A stretch of 64,000 nt of DNA from an uncultured Actinomycetota bacterium (lineage in GTDB: Bacteria; Actinomycetota; Actinomycetes; JAFAQI01). Positions within the stretch are counted from its first letter, which is position 1, and the number at the start of each line of letters is the position of its first letter. The position numbers and the translations under genes were made by a program. The notes below the pieces were generated by a model. That model was given only the letters and a program-made list of their open reading frames with translations. It did not search any database and was not told where the DNA came from. The stretch is from positions 160,001 to 224,000 of the forward strand of contig CAVYQE010000002.1 in the NCBI GenBank assembly GCA_963770565.1, written 5' to 3'. This document shows, piece by piece, positions 1-9,574 of this stretch.

Positions 1-16
1 GGAGGGTCGACCGGGT

Positions 17-2523
17 TCATGCCGGCGCCGGTTCGCTCACCCGGGCGGTCGGCTGATCTGCGGGCAGCGCCGTGCTGTGCCCACGCGTCGCTCGGCTGGT
101 CGCCCGGATCGAGGATGCGGTAGGCGAGGAGTTTGATCCGGTCGCTGGCTAGGGCCCAGATGATGGCGTAGCCCAGACGAACCCGGCCCAATTCCAGCCG
201 AGTGGTGTCATGAACAGGCCGTAGACGGCGATCAGGGTCGCGATCGCCTGGGTGCCGAGGACGGCGAGCAGCAGGATGCGGGCGGGGCGGATGGACCAGA
301 ACGGTCCGCGGGTGCGGGTCAGGAAGATGGTGAGGTGCCCGGCGACGGACAGCATCAGATACATCAGGGTCTGCAGCCGGGGATGGCCGAGGTCGAAGAC
401 GCGGTCGCCGAGGTAGAACAGGCCGAACGCGGCGATCGGGCCGACGACGCCGAGCACGGTGGCGATGCCGAGCACGAGGCGCATGTTCCAGGCTTCGGGC
501 TGTCATCTTGTAGCGGACGTTGTCGTAGGCGATGGACAGGATCGCGCCGTCGTTGAGCAGCGCCAGCATCACGATCATGATCGCGGTGACCGGGTAGAAG
601 TTGAAGACCAGGATCGCGAGGGTCATGAACAGCAGCACCCGCAGCGTCTCGGCGATGCGGTAGATCGCGTAGCTGTTCATCCGCTGGAAGATCTTGCGGC
701 TTTCCTTGATCGCGTCGATGATCACCGACAGCCCCGGGGTCAGCAGCACGATCGCGGCGGCCGCGCGGGCGGCGTCGGTCGCGCCGGAGACAGCGATGCC
801 GCAGTCGGCTTTCTTCAGGGCCGGGGCGTCGTTGACGCCGTCGCCGGTCATCCCGACGATGTGGCCGCGCTGCTGCAGAACGTCGACGATGTGGTACTTG
901 TGCTCGGGGAAGACCTGGGCGAACCCGTCGGCGGTCTCGATCGACTCGACCATCGCCGCGGTTTCTTTCTTCTTCACGTCACCAAGCCGGCGGCGTCGAG
1001 AATGTTGGTACCCAGGCCGACTTTGGCGGCGGTCTCTTTGGCGATCGCGATCGCGTCGCCGGTGACCATCTTCACCCTGACGCCCATCGCCCGGGCGGTG
1101 GCGATCGTGGTCTTCGGCGTCCTCGCGGGGCGGGTCGAACAGCGGCAGCACACCCAGGAACTGCCACGGCCGTTGCCGTCGGCGCGGGCGACCCCCAGCG
1201 ACCGGTAGCCGCGGGCGGCGAACTCGTTGACGGCCGCGTCGACGGCGGGCTTGATCTGTCGCGCGTGTCGGCGGCGAGGGCGAGGATGACCTGTGGGGCA
1301 CCCTTGCTGACCTTGAACGTCGTTCCGTCGGGGCCGGTGACGGTGGCTTCGGTTCGTTTGTCGACCGGGTTGAACGGCTCGAAATGCGTCACCGTGTAGG
1401 CGTGCAGAGCCTTCGGGTCGCTCAAGCCCGCCGAGCACGGCGAGGTCGATCGGGTCGTCGTTGTCGGCGCGCGAGGCCAGCGCGCCGGCCAGGATCACGT
1501 CGGCGGCGCTGACGTCGCCGACGCTGAACGGGTCGCCCAGGGTCAGCGAGTTCTGGGTCAGCGTGCCGGTCTTGTCCGCGCACAGCACATCCACGCCGGC
1601 GAGTTCCTCGATCGCGACGAGCCGGCTGACGATGGCCTTCTTCTTGGCCAGCAGACGCGCGCCGACCGCCATCGTCACCGACAGCACGGTGGGCATCGCG
1701 ACCGGGATCGCCGCCACCGTCAGCACCAGAGCGAACTGCAAGGTGGTCAGCACCGGGTCGCCGCGCAGCAGCGAGACGACCACGATCACCGTCACCAGCC
1801 CGACCGCGAGCATGATCAGGTAGTTGCCGATCTTGAGCACGGCCTTCTGGAAGTGGCTGACGGTGTGCGCGTCCTGCACCAGCTCGGCGGTCTTCCCGAA
1901 GTAGGTGTGGGTGCCGGTGGCATACACCAGGGCGCCGATCTCGCCGCGGCGAATGATCGAGCCGGAGAACACCGCTGCACCGGGCGTGCAGGTTACGGGC
2001 AGCGATTCCCCGGTCAGCGCTGACTGGTCGACCTCGATCTCATCGCCGTCCAGCAGCCGGGCATCGGCTGGGACGATGTCACCCAGCCGAAGCCGGATCA
2101 CGTCCCCGGGCACCAGCTCGCGCGCCGGCCGGGGTGACCCATATGCCGTCACGTTTGACGCGGGCGTTGATCGCGAGCTTGGCCTTCAGCGCGTCGATGG
2201 CGTTGCCGGCCTGGCGCTCCTCGGTGTAACCGACCACCGCGTTGGCCACCAGCAGCACCAAAATGATGAAGAAGTCCGGCCAGTGCCCGACCGCGCCGGA
2301 CAGGATGACCGCGACCTCGATCATCCACGGGATCGGGCCCCAGAAGTAGGACAAGAACTTCAGCAGCGGGTTCGTCTTGTGCTCGGCGATCTCATTCGGC
2401 CCGTACTGCCCCAACCGCTTCGCCGCCTCCGCCTGGCTCAGCCCATCCGGCGAGGTGCCGAGCTGCTTCTCCACCTCCGACAGTGGGCAGCGACTTCAGA
2501 TCCTGGTCAGAGTCAGCGCTCAT
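17..2523 (-). pseudogene. Plasma-membrane H+-efflux P-type ATPase (P3A/PMA1-like), broken by many single-base frameshifts (may be sequencing error)
   Basis: Fragments in successive frames: YGPNEI..FLSYFWGPIPWMIE, DQSALTGES, IPVAMPTVLSVTMAVGA, DKTGTLT, MVTGD, GDGVNDAPALKKAD, SVAGHLTIFLTRTRGPFW. Confidence 0.9.
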
Positions 2524-2931
2524 CACGTTAGGCTCCGCGAGCATGGCTGCTGCGTCTACCTCGGTAGTCATCGCCGTCGGCTCCGCGTCCAGTCACCGAT
2601 CGCAGGGAGGTCATGCTCCTGATCGTTGACATCGAGATGGTGTTCGACGAGCCCGTGCACCTCGTCGGTCAACGCAGCAGGATGGTCCGTCACCACCCCA
2701 CGTTGGCAGCCACGAGGCGATCTTCACCAGAGTCGAATGTCCTTCGATCCGGCGCTGTCGACCTGATCGGGCCTGCCCGGATACGGCGCGAGCTTCCCGG
2801 CTGGTTCAGGCTATTCGCGTTCGCGGCCGTGCCGCGGGCGTAGACCCCTCTCATGCCGTGACCACAGCTCCCGTGTCACGTCATCGTGGTCGCGTCGACA
2901 TGACGTGCGCCTCTGGCGTCTCGCCCGAGGG

Positions 2932-3123
2932 TCAGTTGCGCAGATCCCGGCGATCGAAGGCAACGACGCCCGCGATCTCGGCGGCGATGCACACGAGCAG
3001 AAGAACAATGATCTCGCTGCTACCGGCGCCGGTGTGTGGTGGATCGTTGGACAGGTACGAGCGCCAGAGCAGGAACGGCCGTAGGTAGGACAACGGATGC
3101 ACCGTCCTGCTGAGCCCGTAGAC
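2932..3123 (-). pseudogene. C-terminal remnant of an ABC-2 type permease
   Basis: Start-less frame VYGLSRTVHPLSYLRPFLLWRSYLSNDPP...IIVLLLVCIAAEIAGVVAFDRRDLRN*; the terminal F.RRDL is typical of this permease family. Confidence 0.55.
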
Positions 3124-3484
3124 CCGCGGCCTCCCTAGTCCATGAGGCGCTCGTTGATCTCCTCGTCACCGGTTGGGGCTTGCGGATGGGTGGTTCTCGG
3201 CAAGCGTGGTTCGTGGTCGGTGACGCCGCCCTCGATCACTCCGTCGGCGACCGTTAGGACTAGACCCGGACCGCTGCGGGTGTGAACGACCGCACTGGCA
3301 CCGACTCGCTCGCCACAAGGGTCGTTACGTCTGTCGCCTCGGCTAGCTCCCAGCGGTCGAGATGGTCGGCCAGCCATCGGCGCGCCACACCCGCGGAGGA
3401 CACCTCGGGAGCGAGTTTCGTGGTTGCCACTCGACGCACTGCGCGAGCCTCACTGTCTGTGCCGCTCGTCAGTTCCGCCAACAC
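3124..3484 (-). pseudogene. Degraded RsbW-like anti-sigma/HATPase_c_2 ATP-binding protein
   Basis: SAGVARRWLADHLDRW..LVASE, frameshift, AVVH..LVLTVADGVIEGGVTD..ERLMD*GGRG (TAG where E of EGGRGL is expected). Confidence 0.6.
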
Positions 3485-3670
3485 CTCATTCCCAAAACCC
3501 TCGTGGGGGCAATCTGGTGAGATGATCGCGTCCGATCGACTCCGACAATAGGCCGATCGCTCGCGGCGGAGCGCTGGCAGGCTCGGCCACGATCGGACCT
3601 ACTCCGTTACTAACAGGAGCGTTTGCAAGGCACCGACCGGCACCGGGTGGAACCTGCGAACGGAGGCTCG

Positions 3671-3711
3671 GACCTCTGGGTTATGGGAACGGTTAGGGAA
3701 TGGTTGGGATT
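3671..3711 (-). mobile_element. att-like remnant: 15-bp copy of the tRNA anticodon/variable region plus tandem GGGAAYGGTT repeats
   Basis: gacctctgggttatg at 3671-3685 is identical to tRNA 3797-3811; GGGAACGGTT/GGGAATGGTT/GGGATT follow. Confidence 0.5.
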
Positions 3712-3726
3712 GATCGTGAAAAGCAG

Positions 3727-3755
3727 CAGGGCCATGATCGTTGATCATGGCCCTG
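3727..3755. terminator. Hairpin downstream of the tRNA
   Basis: CAGGGCCATGATC-GTT-GATCATGGCCCTG, perfect 13-bp stem. Confidence 0.6.
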
Positions 3756-3771
3756 ACCTGCAAGAACTCAG

Positions 3772-3845
3772 TGGCGGGGGTAGGATTTGAACCTACGACC
3801 TCTGGGTTATGAGCCCAGCGAGCTACCGAGCTGCTCCACCCCGCG
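3772..3845 (-). tRNA. tRNA-fMet (CAT), initiator
   Basis: CGCGGGGTGGAGCAGCTCGGTAGCTCGCTGGGCTCATAACCCAGAGGTCGTAGGTTCAAATCCTACCCCCGCCA; 1-72 mismatch, GGG/CCC anticodon stem; CCA not encoded. Confidence 0.97.
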
Positions 3846-3896
3846 TCGGTCCAGCCACGATAGCCCGACCAGCCATCGCGTTCCAAACGAGCGCGA

Positions 3897-6818
3897 CTAG
3901 CCGGACGGTGAGGTGGACGGTGTGGAGGTCGGGCTCGGTGAAACCTTCGTCGACGATGTACCGGCCGCGGCCGCGATCCGGTTCAACGCCTGCTGGAGCT
4001 TGTTCTCCTCGACGCCGTACTGCGCGAAGTCACCGCGCCGCAGCGCCGCCTGGGCCGCCGCCTCGGCGGCCTGGGCATCTGAGATCGCCTGCTTCAGCGT
4101 GGTCGACGTCGTGACCGGCGGCGGTTGCTGGCCACCCGAGGGACCGCTCGAGGACTTGACGCCGAACACCTCGTTGAGCGCAGCGCCAAGAGTCGACTGA
4201 TACGCCGCATTGCCGTCGGAGTAGACCAGGAACTTGCGCAGGACCGGGAACGACTGACCGCCCGAGGACTGCACGTAAAGCGGCTCGACGTACAGCATCG
4301 AGCCGGCCACCGGCACGGTCAGCATGTTGCCCTTGATGATCGTCGACCCACCCGAACCGAGCAGCGTCAGGCGCGGCGAGATCGTCGTATTGGAGTCGAG
4401 CTCGTTCTGCACCTGACCGGGACCGGCCAGACCGGCATTGGCTGGCAAGGTGAGCAGGGTGAACTTGCCATAGTCCGGCCCCGGTTGGGAGTCGACCGAT
4501 AAGTAGGCGGTGAGATTTCGGCGACTCAGCGAGACCAACGGCGAGGTGAGGGAGAACCGCGGTGCCGTCGTGCCGCCGTCGGGGGACATCGTCAGGTAGT
4601 ACGACGGTTGCGGCACGTTGCCGCCGACCGTCGGGTCGTAGGACACGTTCCAGAACTCGGTGCCGTTGTAGAAGGCGTGCGGGTCGGTCACGTGGTAGTG
4701 CGCGATCAACAGCCGCTGGATGTTGAACAGGTCCTCTGGGTAGCGGATGTGCGCCGCTAGACCCGTCGGCATCTGGTCCTCGGACTTCACCACACCCGGG
4801 AAGGCCTTTTCCCAGGTCTTGAGCACCGGGTCCGGATCGGTGCCTTGGTTCCAGGCATACAGCTCGACCTGGCCGGTGTAGGCGTTGACGGTGGCCTTCA
4901 CCGAGTTCCGGATGTAGTTGATCTTCGAGTTGCGCTGCGCCGCGATCGAGTTGGTGCGGGTGTTCAGCGAGGTCTTGGTCGATGAGCTCAGCGACTCCTG
5001 CTCGGAGTACGGGAAACCCGACGTCGTGGTGTAACCGTCGACCACCCACAGGATCTGATTGCCGACGACAACCGGATAGGGGTCACCGTCGAGAGTGAGC
5101 CACGGTGCGACCTTCGCGACCCGCTGACGAGGATCCCGGATGTAGAGCAACCGCGAGTCGGCGTTGACGCCGCTGGAGAGCAGGATGTTCTTGTCCTTGA
5201 ACTTCCACGCATATAGCAGCTGACGCCAGGTCGACCCGATCGGCACTCCTCCGCCGCCGTCGTAGGTGTTGTTCACCTGGCCGGTGCCGGTGTCGGTCGG
5301 GAAGTTGAGCTCGCGCGGTGGCGAGCCCTTGGGCGCACCGACGATCGAGTAGCTCGGTGACGACTCGCCGAAGTAGACCTCTGGCTGGAACTTCCCGAGC
5401 GATCCGGTCGGCGGGATGTCCGACTCGACGAAGTCCGGCGAGCCGTCGGCTTGGTCATTGTCTGCTTGAGCCGCGACGACGCCGTACCCGTGGGTATAGA
5501 CCAGATGTTCGTTGATCCAGTTCTGCTGGTTCGGCTGCAGGCCGGAGATCGTAACCTCGCGAATGCCGATCACGACGTCGGTCAACGGACCACCCGGGGT
5601 GAGCGAGTAGCGGTCGACGTCGAGGGTGTTCTCGAACTTGTAGAACGAACGCTGCTGCTGCAGCTGCTCGAACGTCTGCGAGACCACGTTCGGGTCGAGC
5701 ACCCGCAGCTGCACCTCGTTGTTGACCGCAGTGCGTTGCTGCGCGGGTGTCTGCGTGGACACCCCGGGATAGTTCTGCGTCGTGACCTGTTGCGGCGAGA
5801 TGCCGTATGCGTACTGGGTCGCCGCGATGTTGCGTTGGATATACGGCGCCTCGAGGTCCTGCGCGCTCGGACTCACCTTGTAGTGCTGCACCAGCAACGG
5901 ATAGAGCCCGCCGATCACGATCGCCGAGAACACCAACAACCCGAACGCAATCGCCGGCAGCATCCAGTTGCGCGTCACAATGTTGGCGAAGAACAGCAAG
6001 GCGCAGATGATCGCGACGAAGACGAGGATCGTCTTCGCCGGAAGCACCGCATGGACATCCGTGTACGACGGACCGGTCACGATCCCGCGCCCGGAGAAGG
6101 CCAACCCGTAGCGGTCCAACCAGTAGGCGACTGCCTTCAGCAGCACGAAGATGCCGAGCAGGATCGAGATGTGCACCCGGCTGGCCGGCGTCCACTTCGG
6201 CCCTGGTGTCTGCAACCGCAACGCGCCATACAGGTACGCCGTCACCAACACCGCGATCAGCGACAGGATGACGATCGCGAACAGCGAGTTGAGCACGAAC
6301 CGCTGCATCGGATAGGTGAACGCGAAGTACGAGACGTCGCGATGGAACTGCTGGTCCTTGATCCCGAACTTGGTGCCGTTGCGCCAGAGCAACCAGGTCT
6401 GCCAGTGCCGCGACGCCGACGAACCCATGATCAGGCCGATCAGGGTCACGATGACCGCGAGGACCCGGCCGCGGACCGGCTGCAGGATGTTGCGGTAGCG
6501 CTCCAGTTGCTCCTGCTCCGGCGACACCGGGCGGAACGGCGGGCGAAGCCGGTACGCGATCACCACGTTCGCGGCAACCACGATCGCCATGACCGCGCCG
6601 AAGGAGAAGAACAGCAGCAGCTCGGTCGCGAGCCGCCGGCCGAAGACCGACGAGTAGCCGACCGAGCGGAACCACAACAGGTCGGTGTACTGGTTGACGA
6701 AGACCGACCCGACGATCAGCAGCACGATGAACGCGACCACCGCCGCGATGATGACCCTGGCCCGCCGGTTGATGTGAGGGAGCGCAGGCATCTGCGGCCT
6801 GGGCACATTGAAGGTCAC
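3897..6818 (-). CDS. UPF0182 family membrane protein
   Basis: 973 aa; LWFRSVGYSSVF, DVSYFAFTYP, HLVYTHGYG, INYIRNSVKATV motifs. Confidence 0.95.
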   Translation of the reverse strand: MTFNVPRPQMPALPHINRRARVIIAAVVAFIVLLIVGSVFVNQYTDLLWFRSVGYSSVFGRRLATELLLFFSFGAVMAIVVAANVVIAYRLRPPFRPVSPEQEQLERYRNILQPVRGRVLAVIVTLIGLIMGSSASRHWQTWLLWRNGTKFGIKDQQFHRDVSYFAFTYPMQRFVLNSLFAIVILSLIAVLVTAYLYGALRLQTPGPKWTPASRVHISILLGIFVLLKAVAYWLDRYGLAFSGRGIVTGPSYTDVHAVLPAKTILVFVAIICALLFFANIVTRNWMLPAIAFGLLVFSAIVIGGLYPLLVQHYKVSPSAQDLEAPYIQRNIAATQYAYGISPQQVTTQNYPGVSTQTPAQQRTAVNNEVQLRVLDPNVVSQTFEQLQQQRSFYKFENTLDVDRYSLTPGGPLTDVVIGIREVTISGLQPNQQNWINEHLVYTHGYGVVAAQADNDQADGSPDFVESDIPPTGSLGKFQPEVYFGESSPSYSIVGAPKGSPPRELNFPTDTGTGQVNNTYDGGGGVPIGSTWRQLLYAWKFKDKNILLSSGVNADSRLLYIRDPRQRVAKVAPWLTLDGDPYPVVVGNQILWVVDGYTTTSGFPYSEQESLSSSTKTSLNTRTNSIAAQRNSKINYIRNSVKATVNAYTGQVELYAWNQGTDPDPVLKTWEKAFPGVVKSEDQMPTGLAAHIRYPEDLFNIQRLLIAHYHVTDPHAFYNGTEFWNVSYDPTVGGNVPQPSYYLTMSPDGGTTAPRFSLTSPLVSLSRRNLTAYLSVDSQPGPDYGKFTLLTLPANAGLAGPGQVQNELDSNTTISPRLTLLGSGGSTIIKGNMLTVPVAGSMLYVEPLYVQSSGGQSFPVLRKFLVYSDGNAAYQSTLGAALNEVFGVKSSSGPSGGQQPPPVTTSTTLKQAISDAQAAEAAAQAALRRGDFAQYGVEENKLQQALNRIAAAAGTSSTKVSPSPTSTPSTSPSG

Positions 6819-6856
6819 AAGGACGAACCTACCGCCGCGCGGTCAGCTGGACGGGC

Positions 6857-7936
6857 CTAGCAGCGCGGGAAGCTCGTGCCGCCCGATTTGATCGTCTCCA
6901 ACGCCTCGACCGCGCCATGCAACGTCGAGACCTTCACCAGCGTCAGCGACTTCGGCGCCGCGGCCTTCGCATCGGTACATTCGCTGGCCGGCGCAAAGAA
7001 AACCGTTGCCCCGGCATGCACGGCCGCAGCGATCTTCTGCTGGATCCCGCCGATCGGCCCGACCTGGCCGTAGCCGTCGACCGTGCCGGTGCCCGCGATC
7101 GTCCGGCCACCGGTCAGGCCGCCCGGCGTCAGCTTGTCGATGATGCCGAGCGCGAGTGCCGTACCGGCACTGGGGCCACCGATGACGTCCGGGTTGATCC
7201 CGATGTGCACCGAGATCCCGGGGAACGTGGCGATCCGGTCTGGACTGAAGCCGACCATCGACGCACCTCCGACCCCCTTGATCGTCGTCGTCGTGACCGT
7301 CAGGGTCTTGCCGTCGCGCTGGAGCGTGATCGCGATCTTCGAGCCGGGGGTCGTCACCTGCACCGCCGCATGCAGCTGCGCGACCGTGCTCACGGCCTCA
7401 CCGTTGATCGCCAGGACGATGTCGCCGACCCGCAGGACGCGGGCGGCCGGCACGCCGGTTTGGATGCTGCTGACGGTCACGTGCTGGGTGGTCGGCTTGT
7501 AGCCCAGCTCGAAGAGTGCGGCCGTGGTCGCATCGGATTGCGACTGCGACATCTCCTGCGCGTCCTGTTTCTGTACGGCGCCGCTGCTCTGGCCCGGCGG
7601 GCACTCGACCTGATGCGGCTCGACCGTCTGGGACTTGCTGAACCACGCCTTCACCGCCTCCCACAGACTGGGATTGGCGCTGCAGTCGCCGGGGAGCTCC
7701 TCGACGGTCGTGAGATACAGGTGCCCCGTCGTCGGATGAGTGGTCGCGCCGGTGATCTGGATCACCGGACCACCGGGCTTGTCATTCGTCGTGTCCGCAC
7801 CGGGGATGTTGCCCAGCGTGTCGGTCACCGGACCCGGCAGCAGGATGACGTACGGCACCTTGACGATGCGCGCTACACCGAGCAGCAGGATCAAGATGAC
7901 CACGGCAGCGCCCAAGGTTGCGGCGCGCCGACTCAT
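6857..7936 (-). CDS. PDZ + Lon-C domain serine protease (YlbL family)
   Basis: N-terminal TM, PYVI..PGP, PDZ-like segment, IGGPSAG..IAGTG..GPIGGIQQKI. Confidence 0.92.
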   Translation of the reverse strand: MSRRAATLGAAVVILILLLGVARIVKVPYVILLPGPVTDTLGNIPGADTTNDKPGGPVIQITGATTHPTTGHLYLTTVEELPGDCSANPSLWEAVKAWFSKSQTVEPHQVECPPGQSSGAVQKQDAQEMSQSQSDATTAALFELGYKPTTQHVTVSSIQTGVPAARVLRVGDIVLAINGEAVSTVAQLHAAVQVTTPGSKIAITLQRDGKTLTVTTTTIKGVGGASMVGFSPDRIATFPGISVHIGINPDVIGGPSAGTALALGIIDKLTPGGLTGGRTIAGTGTVDGYGQVGPIGGIQQKIAAAVHAGATVFFAPASECTDAKAAAPKSLTLVKVSTLHGAVEALETIKSGGTSFPRC

Positions 7937-7960
7937 TGCATGGAGACTACCGACGCCTGA

Positions 7961-8809
7961 TTAGCGAGCGAAGAAGCCAAGGCTCCTGCGGCCGGAGGGG
8001 GCAAGCGCGGGGATGATGTCGGCGCTGTCGGTGACCGGCTCGGAGTCCTCGGCGGGCGCCTCGGCGACGGGTGCGGTGACCGGCGGCGCGTCGGCGAACG
8101 GCGTGCGCTGCGCGGGTGCCTCGGCAACCGCGCGCTCGGCAGCCGGCTCGGAGTCACCCTCCGCCGCGTCGGTCTCAGCGACCGGGTCGGCGAACGGTGG
8201 TACGACGGCAACGACCGGCTCTTCGTCGACCAGCCCAGGAACTGCGGGGATCTCGGCCTCGGCCGATGCGGTCTCGGGCTCAGCGGACTCCGCCTCGACC
8301 TCGGGGGCGGGTGGCTCGACAACGGTCGCCTCGGCGACCCACTCGGCAGAGCGGTCGTCATCGGCCTCGACCGGCACCGGGGTGACCTCGTCGCTCGGCT
8401 CGTCCGCAGCAACCGGCTCGTCCGGTACCAGGCTCAGCGCGGCCGGCTCGGGCTCAGCAGCAACCGCGATCGGCGCCTCAGCCGCGTCAGCGACGGCAGG
8501 TGCCTCGGCAACCTCGGCCTCGGGCTCGGTGTCCTCGTCGGCCTGCGCGGCCGGAGCAGCCTCGACCGGCTCGGCCGGCTCGGCCGATGCCTCAGCCTTC
8601 GGTGCGTCGTCCGTCGTACCCGCCGGGACCTCAACGTGGTAGTAGGGGCGGAGCGAGAGCTGCACCAGGCTGAGCTCGTGCACCGAGAAGTCGGTCACGT
8701 TCTCCGCGTTGCGCAGGTGCTCGACGAAAGCGACCGCCTCGTCCAGCGAACTCACACGCCGGAAGGCCGGTACGCCGCTGGCGGCGGGGTAGAAGACGAC
8801 ATGCTCCAT
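7961..8809 (-). CDS. Hypothetical protein: ~60-aa N-terminal domain plus long acidic Ala/Glu/Pro tail
   Basis: 282-aa ORF, AAGGA RBS, GC3-biased codons. Confidence 0.8.
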   Translation of the reverse strand: MEHVVFYPAASGVPAFRRVSSLDEAVAFVEHLRNAENVTDFSVHELSLVQLSLRPYYHVEVPAGTTDDAPKAEASAEPAEPVEAAPAAQADEDTEPEAEVAEAPAVADAAEAPIAVAAEPEPAALSLVPDEPVAADEPSDEVTPVPVEADDDRSAEWVAEATVVEPPAPEVEAESAEPETASAEAEIPAVPGLVDEEPVVAVVPPFADPVAETDAAEGDSEPAAERAVAEAPAQRTPFADAPPVTAPVAEAPAEDSEPVTDSADIIPALAPSGRRSLGFFAR

Positions 8810-8848
8810 GACGATCCTTAGGCGCGAGCCGAAGTGCGGACAAGGTTG

Positions 8849-8875
8849 GTGTCGGCAGGCACCCCGTCCGGGTTA
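8849..8875 (-). promoter_or_regulatory. Putative sigma28 (WhiG/FliA) promoter
   Basis: Minus strand TAAC-N15-GCCGACAC versus consensus TAAA-N15-GCCGATAA. Confidence 0.5.
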
Positions 8876-8904
8876 AGGACCTTCGGCGCGGTGCTTAGGT
8901 GCGT

Positions 8905-8920
8905 TGGTCCGTTCGGGTGA
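8905..8920. promoter_or_regulatory. BldM-WhiI-like operator
   Basis: TGGTCCGTTCGGGTGA fits TGnnCCGnnCGGGTGA (consensus recalled from Streptomyces). Confidence 0.4.
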
Positions 8921-8928
8921 TCAAGCGC

Positions 8929-9105
8929 TCAGGAGGCGCGGCGGCGGCGCTGCTCCGGCGGCGCGAACGCGGCCTTGAACCGCTCACGCTCAGCCAGGGA
9001 CTCCTGGATCTCGACCGGGCCCCGGGTCCGGTTGGACCAATGGACCCACACGATCGCCAATATGGTCGCGACTGCGGGCACCCCTAGCCACGCCAACACG
9101 CCCAT
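8929..9105 (-). CDS. Small single-pass membrane protein
   Basis: MGVLAWLGVPAVATILAIVWVHW..; TACACT -10 element just upstream (leaderless). Confidence 0.75.
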   Translation of the reverse strand: MGVLAWLGVPAVATILAIVWVHWSNRTRGPVEIQESLAERERFKAAFAPPEQRRRRAS

Positions 9106-9127
9106 GGGCGCAAGTGTAGGGCGTCGG

Positions 9128-9574
9128 TCAGTCGCAGGCACCCACCCACTCGTGCTCACCGTCGCGGAACCACTGCCGCTTCCACAGCGGAACCTCCGCT
9201 TTGATCCGGTCGATCAGCACCCGGCCGACCTCGAATGCCTCGCCGCGATGCCCGCAGCCGACCGCCACCACGACCGCGAGGTCGCCGATCTGCAGCTCGC
9301 CGATCCGGTGCAATGCGGCGAGCGTGGCGCCGGGCGCGGTTGCCGCGACCTCGGTCACCACCCGCTCCAGCTCGCTCGCCGCGGTGGGATGGGCGCTGTA
9401 GTCGAGCCGGTCGACCGACCGTCCGTGGTCCTCGTCGCGCACGGTGCCAACGAAGACGACGGTGCCGCCGACATCGTCGCCGGTGACCGCGCCCATCACT
9501 TCCTCGACCGAGAGCGGACCGGTCCGGATCTCGGCGAGCCGCACCGTACCCGCGCCATTGGTAGCTGCGCTCAT
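9128..9574 (-). CDS. moaE: Molybdopterin synthase catalytic subunit
   Basis: GGTVVFVGTVRD, LDYSAHP, HRIGELQIGD, HRGEAF, VPLWKRQ. Confidence 0.93.
   Translation of the reverse strand: MSAATNGAGTVRLAEIRTGPLSVEEVMGAVTGDDVGGTVVFVGTVRDEDHGRSVDRLDYSAHPTAASELERVVTEVAATAPGATLAALHRIGELQIGDLAVVVAVGCGHRGEAFEVGRVLIDRIKAEVPLWKRQWFRDGEHEWVGACD

Noticed and set aside
2613-2843. 76-aa plus-strand ORF with a GGAGG RBS
   Set aside because: No recognizable motif, RBS too close to the ATG, and it lies in a degraded region.
3488-3513. TCGTGGGGGCAAT match to the 83-bp element
   Set aside because: Only 13 bp and lacks the palindromic core; probably chance.
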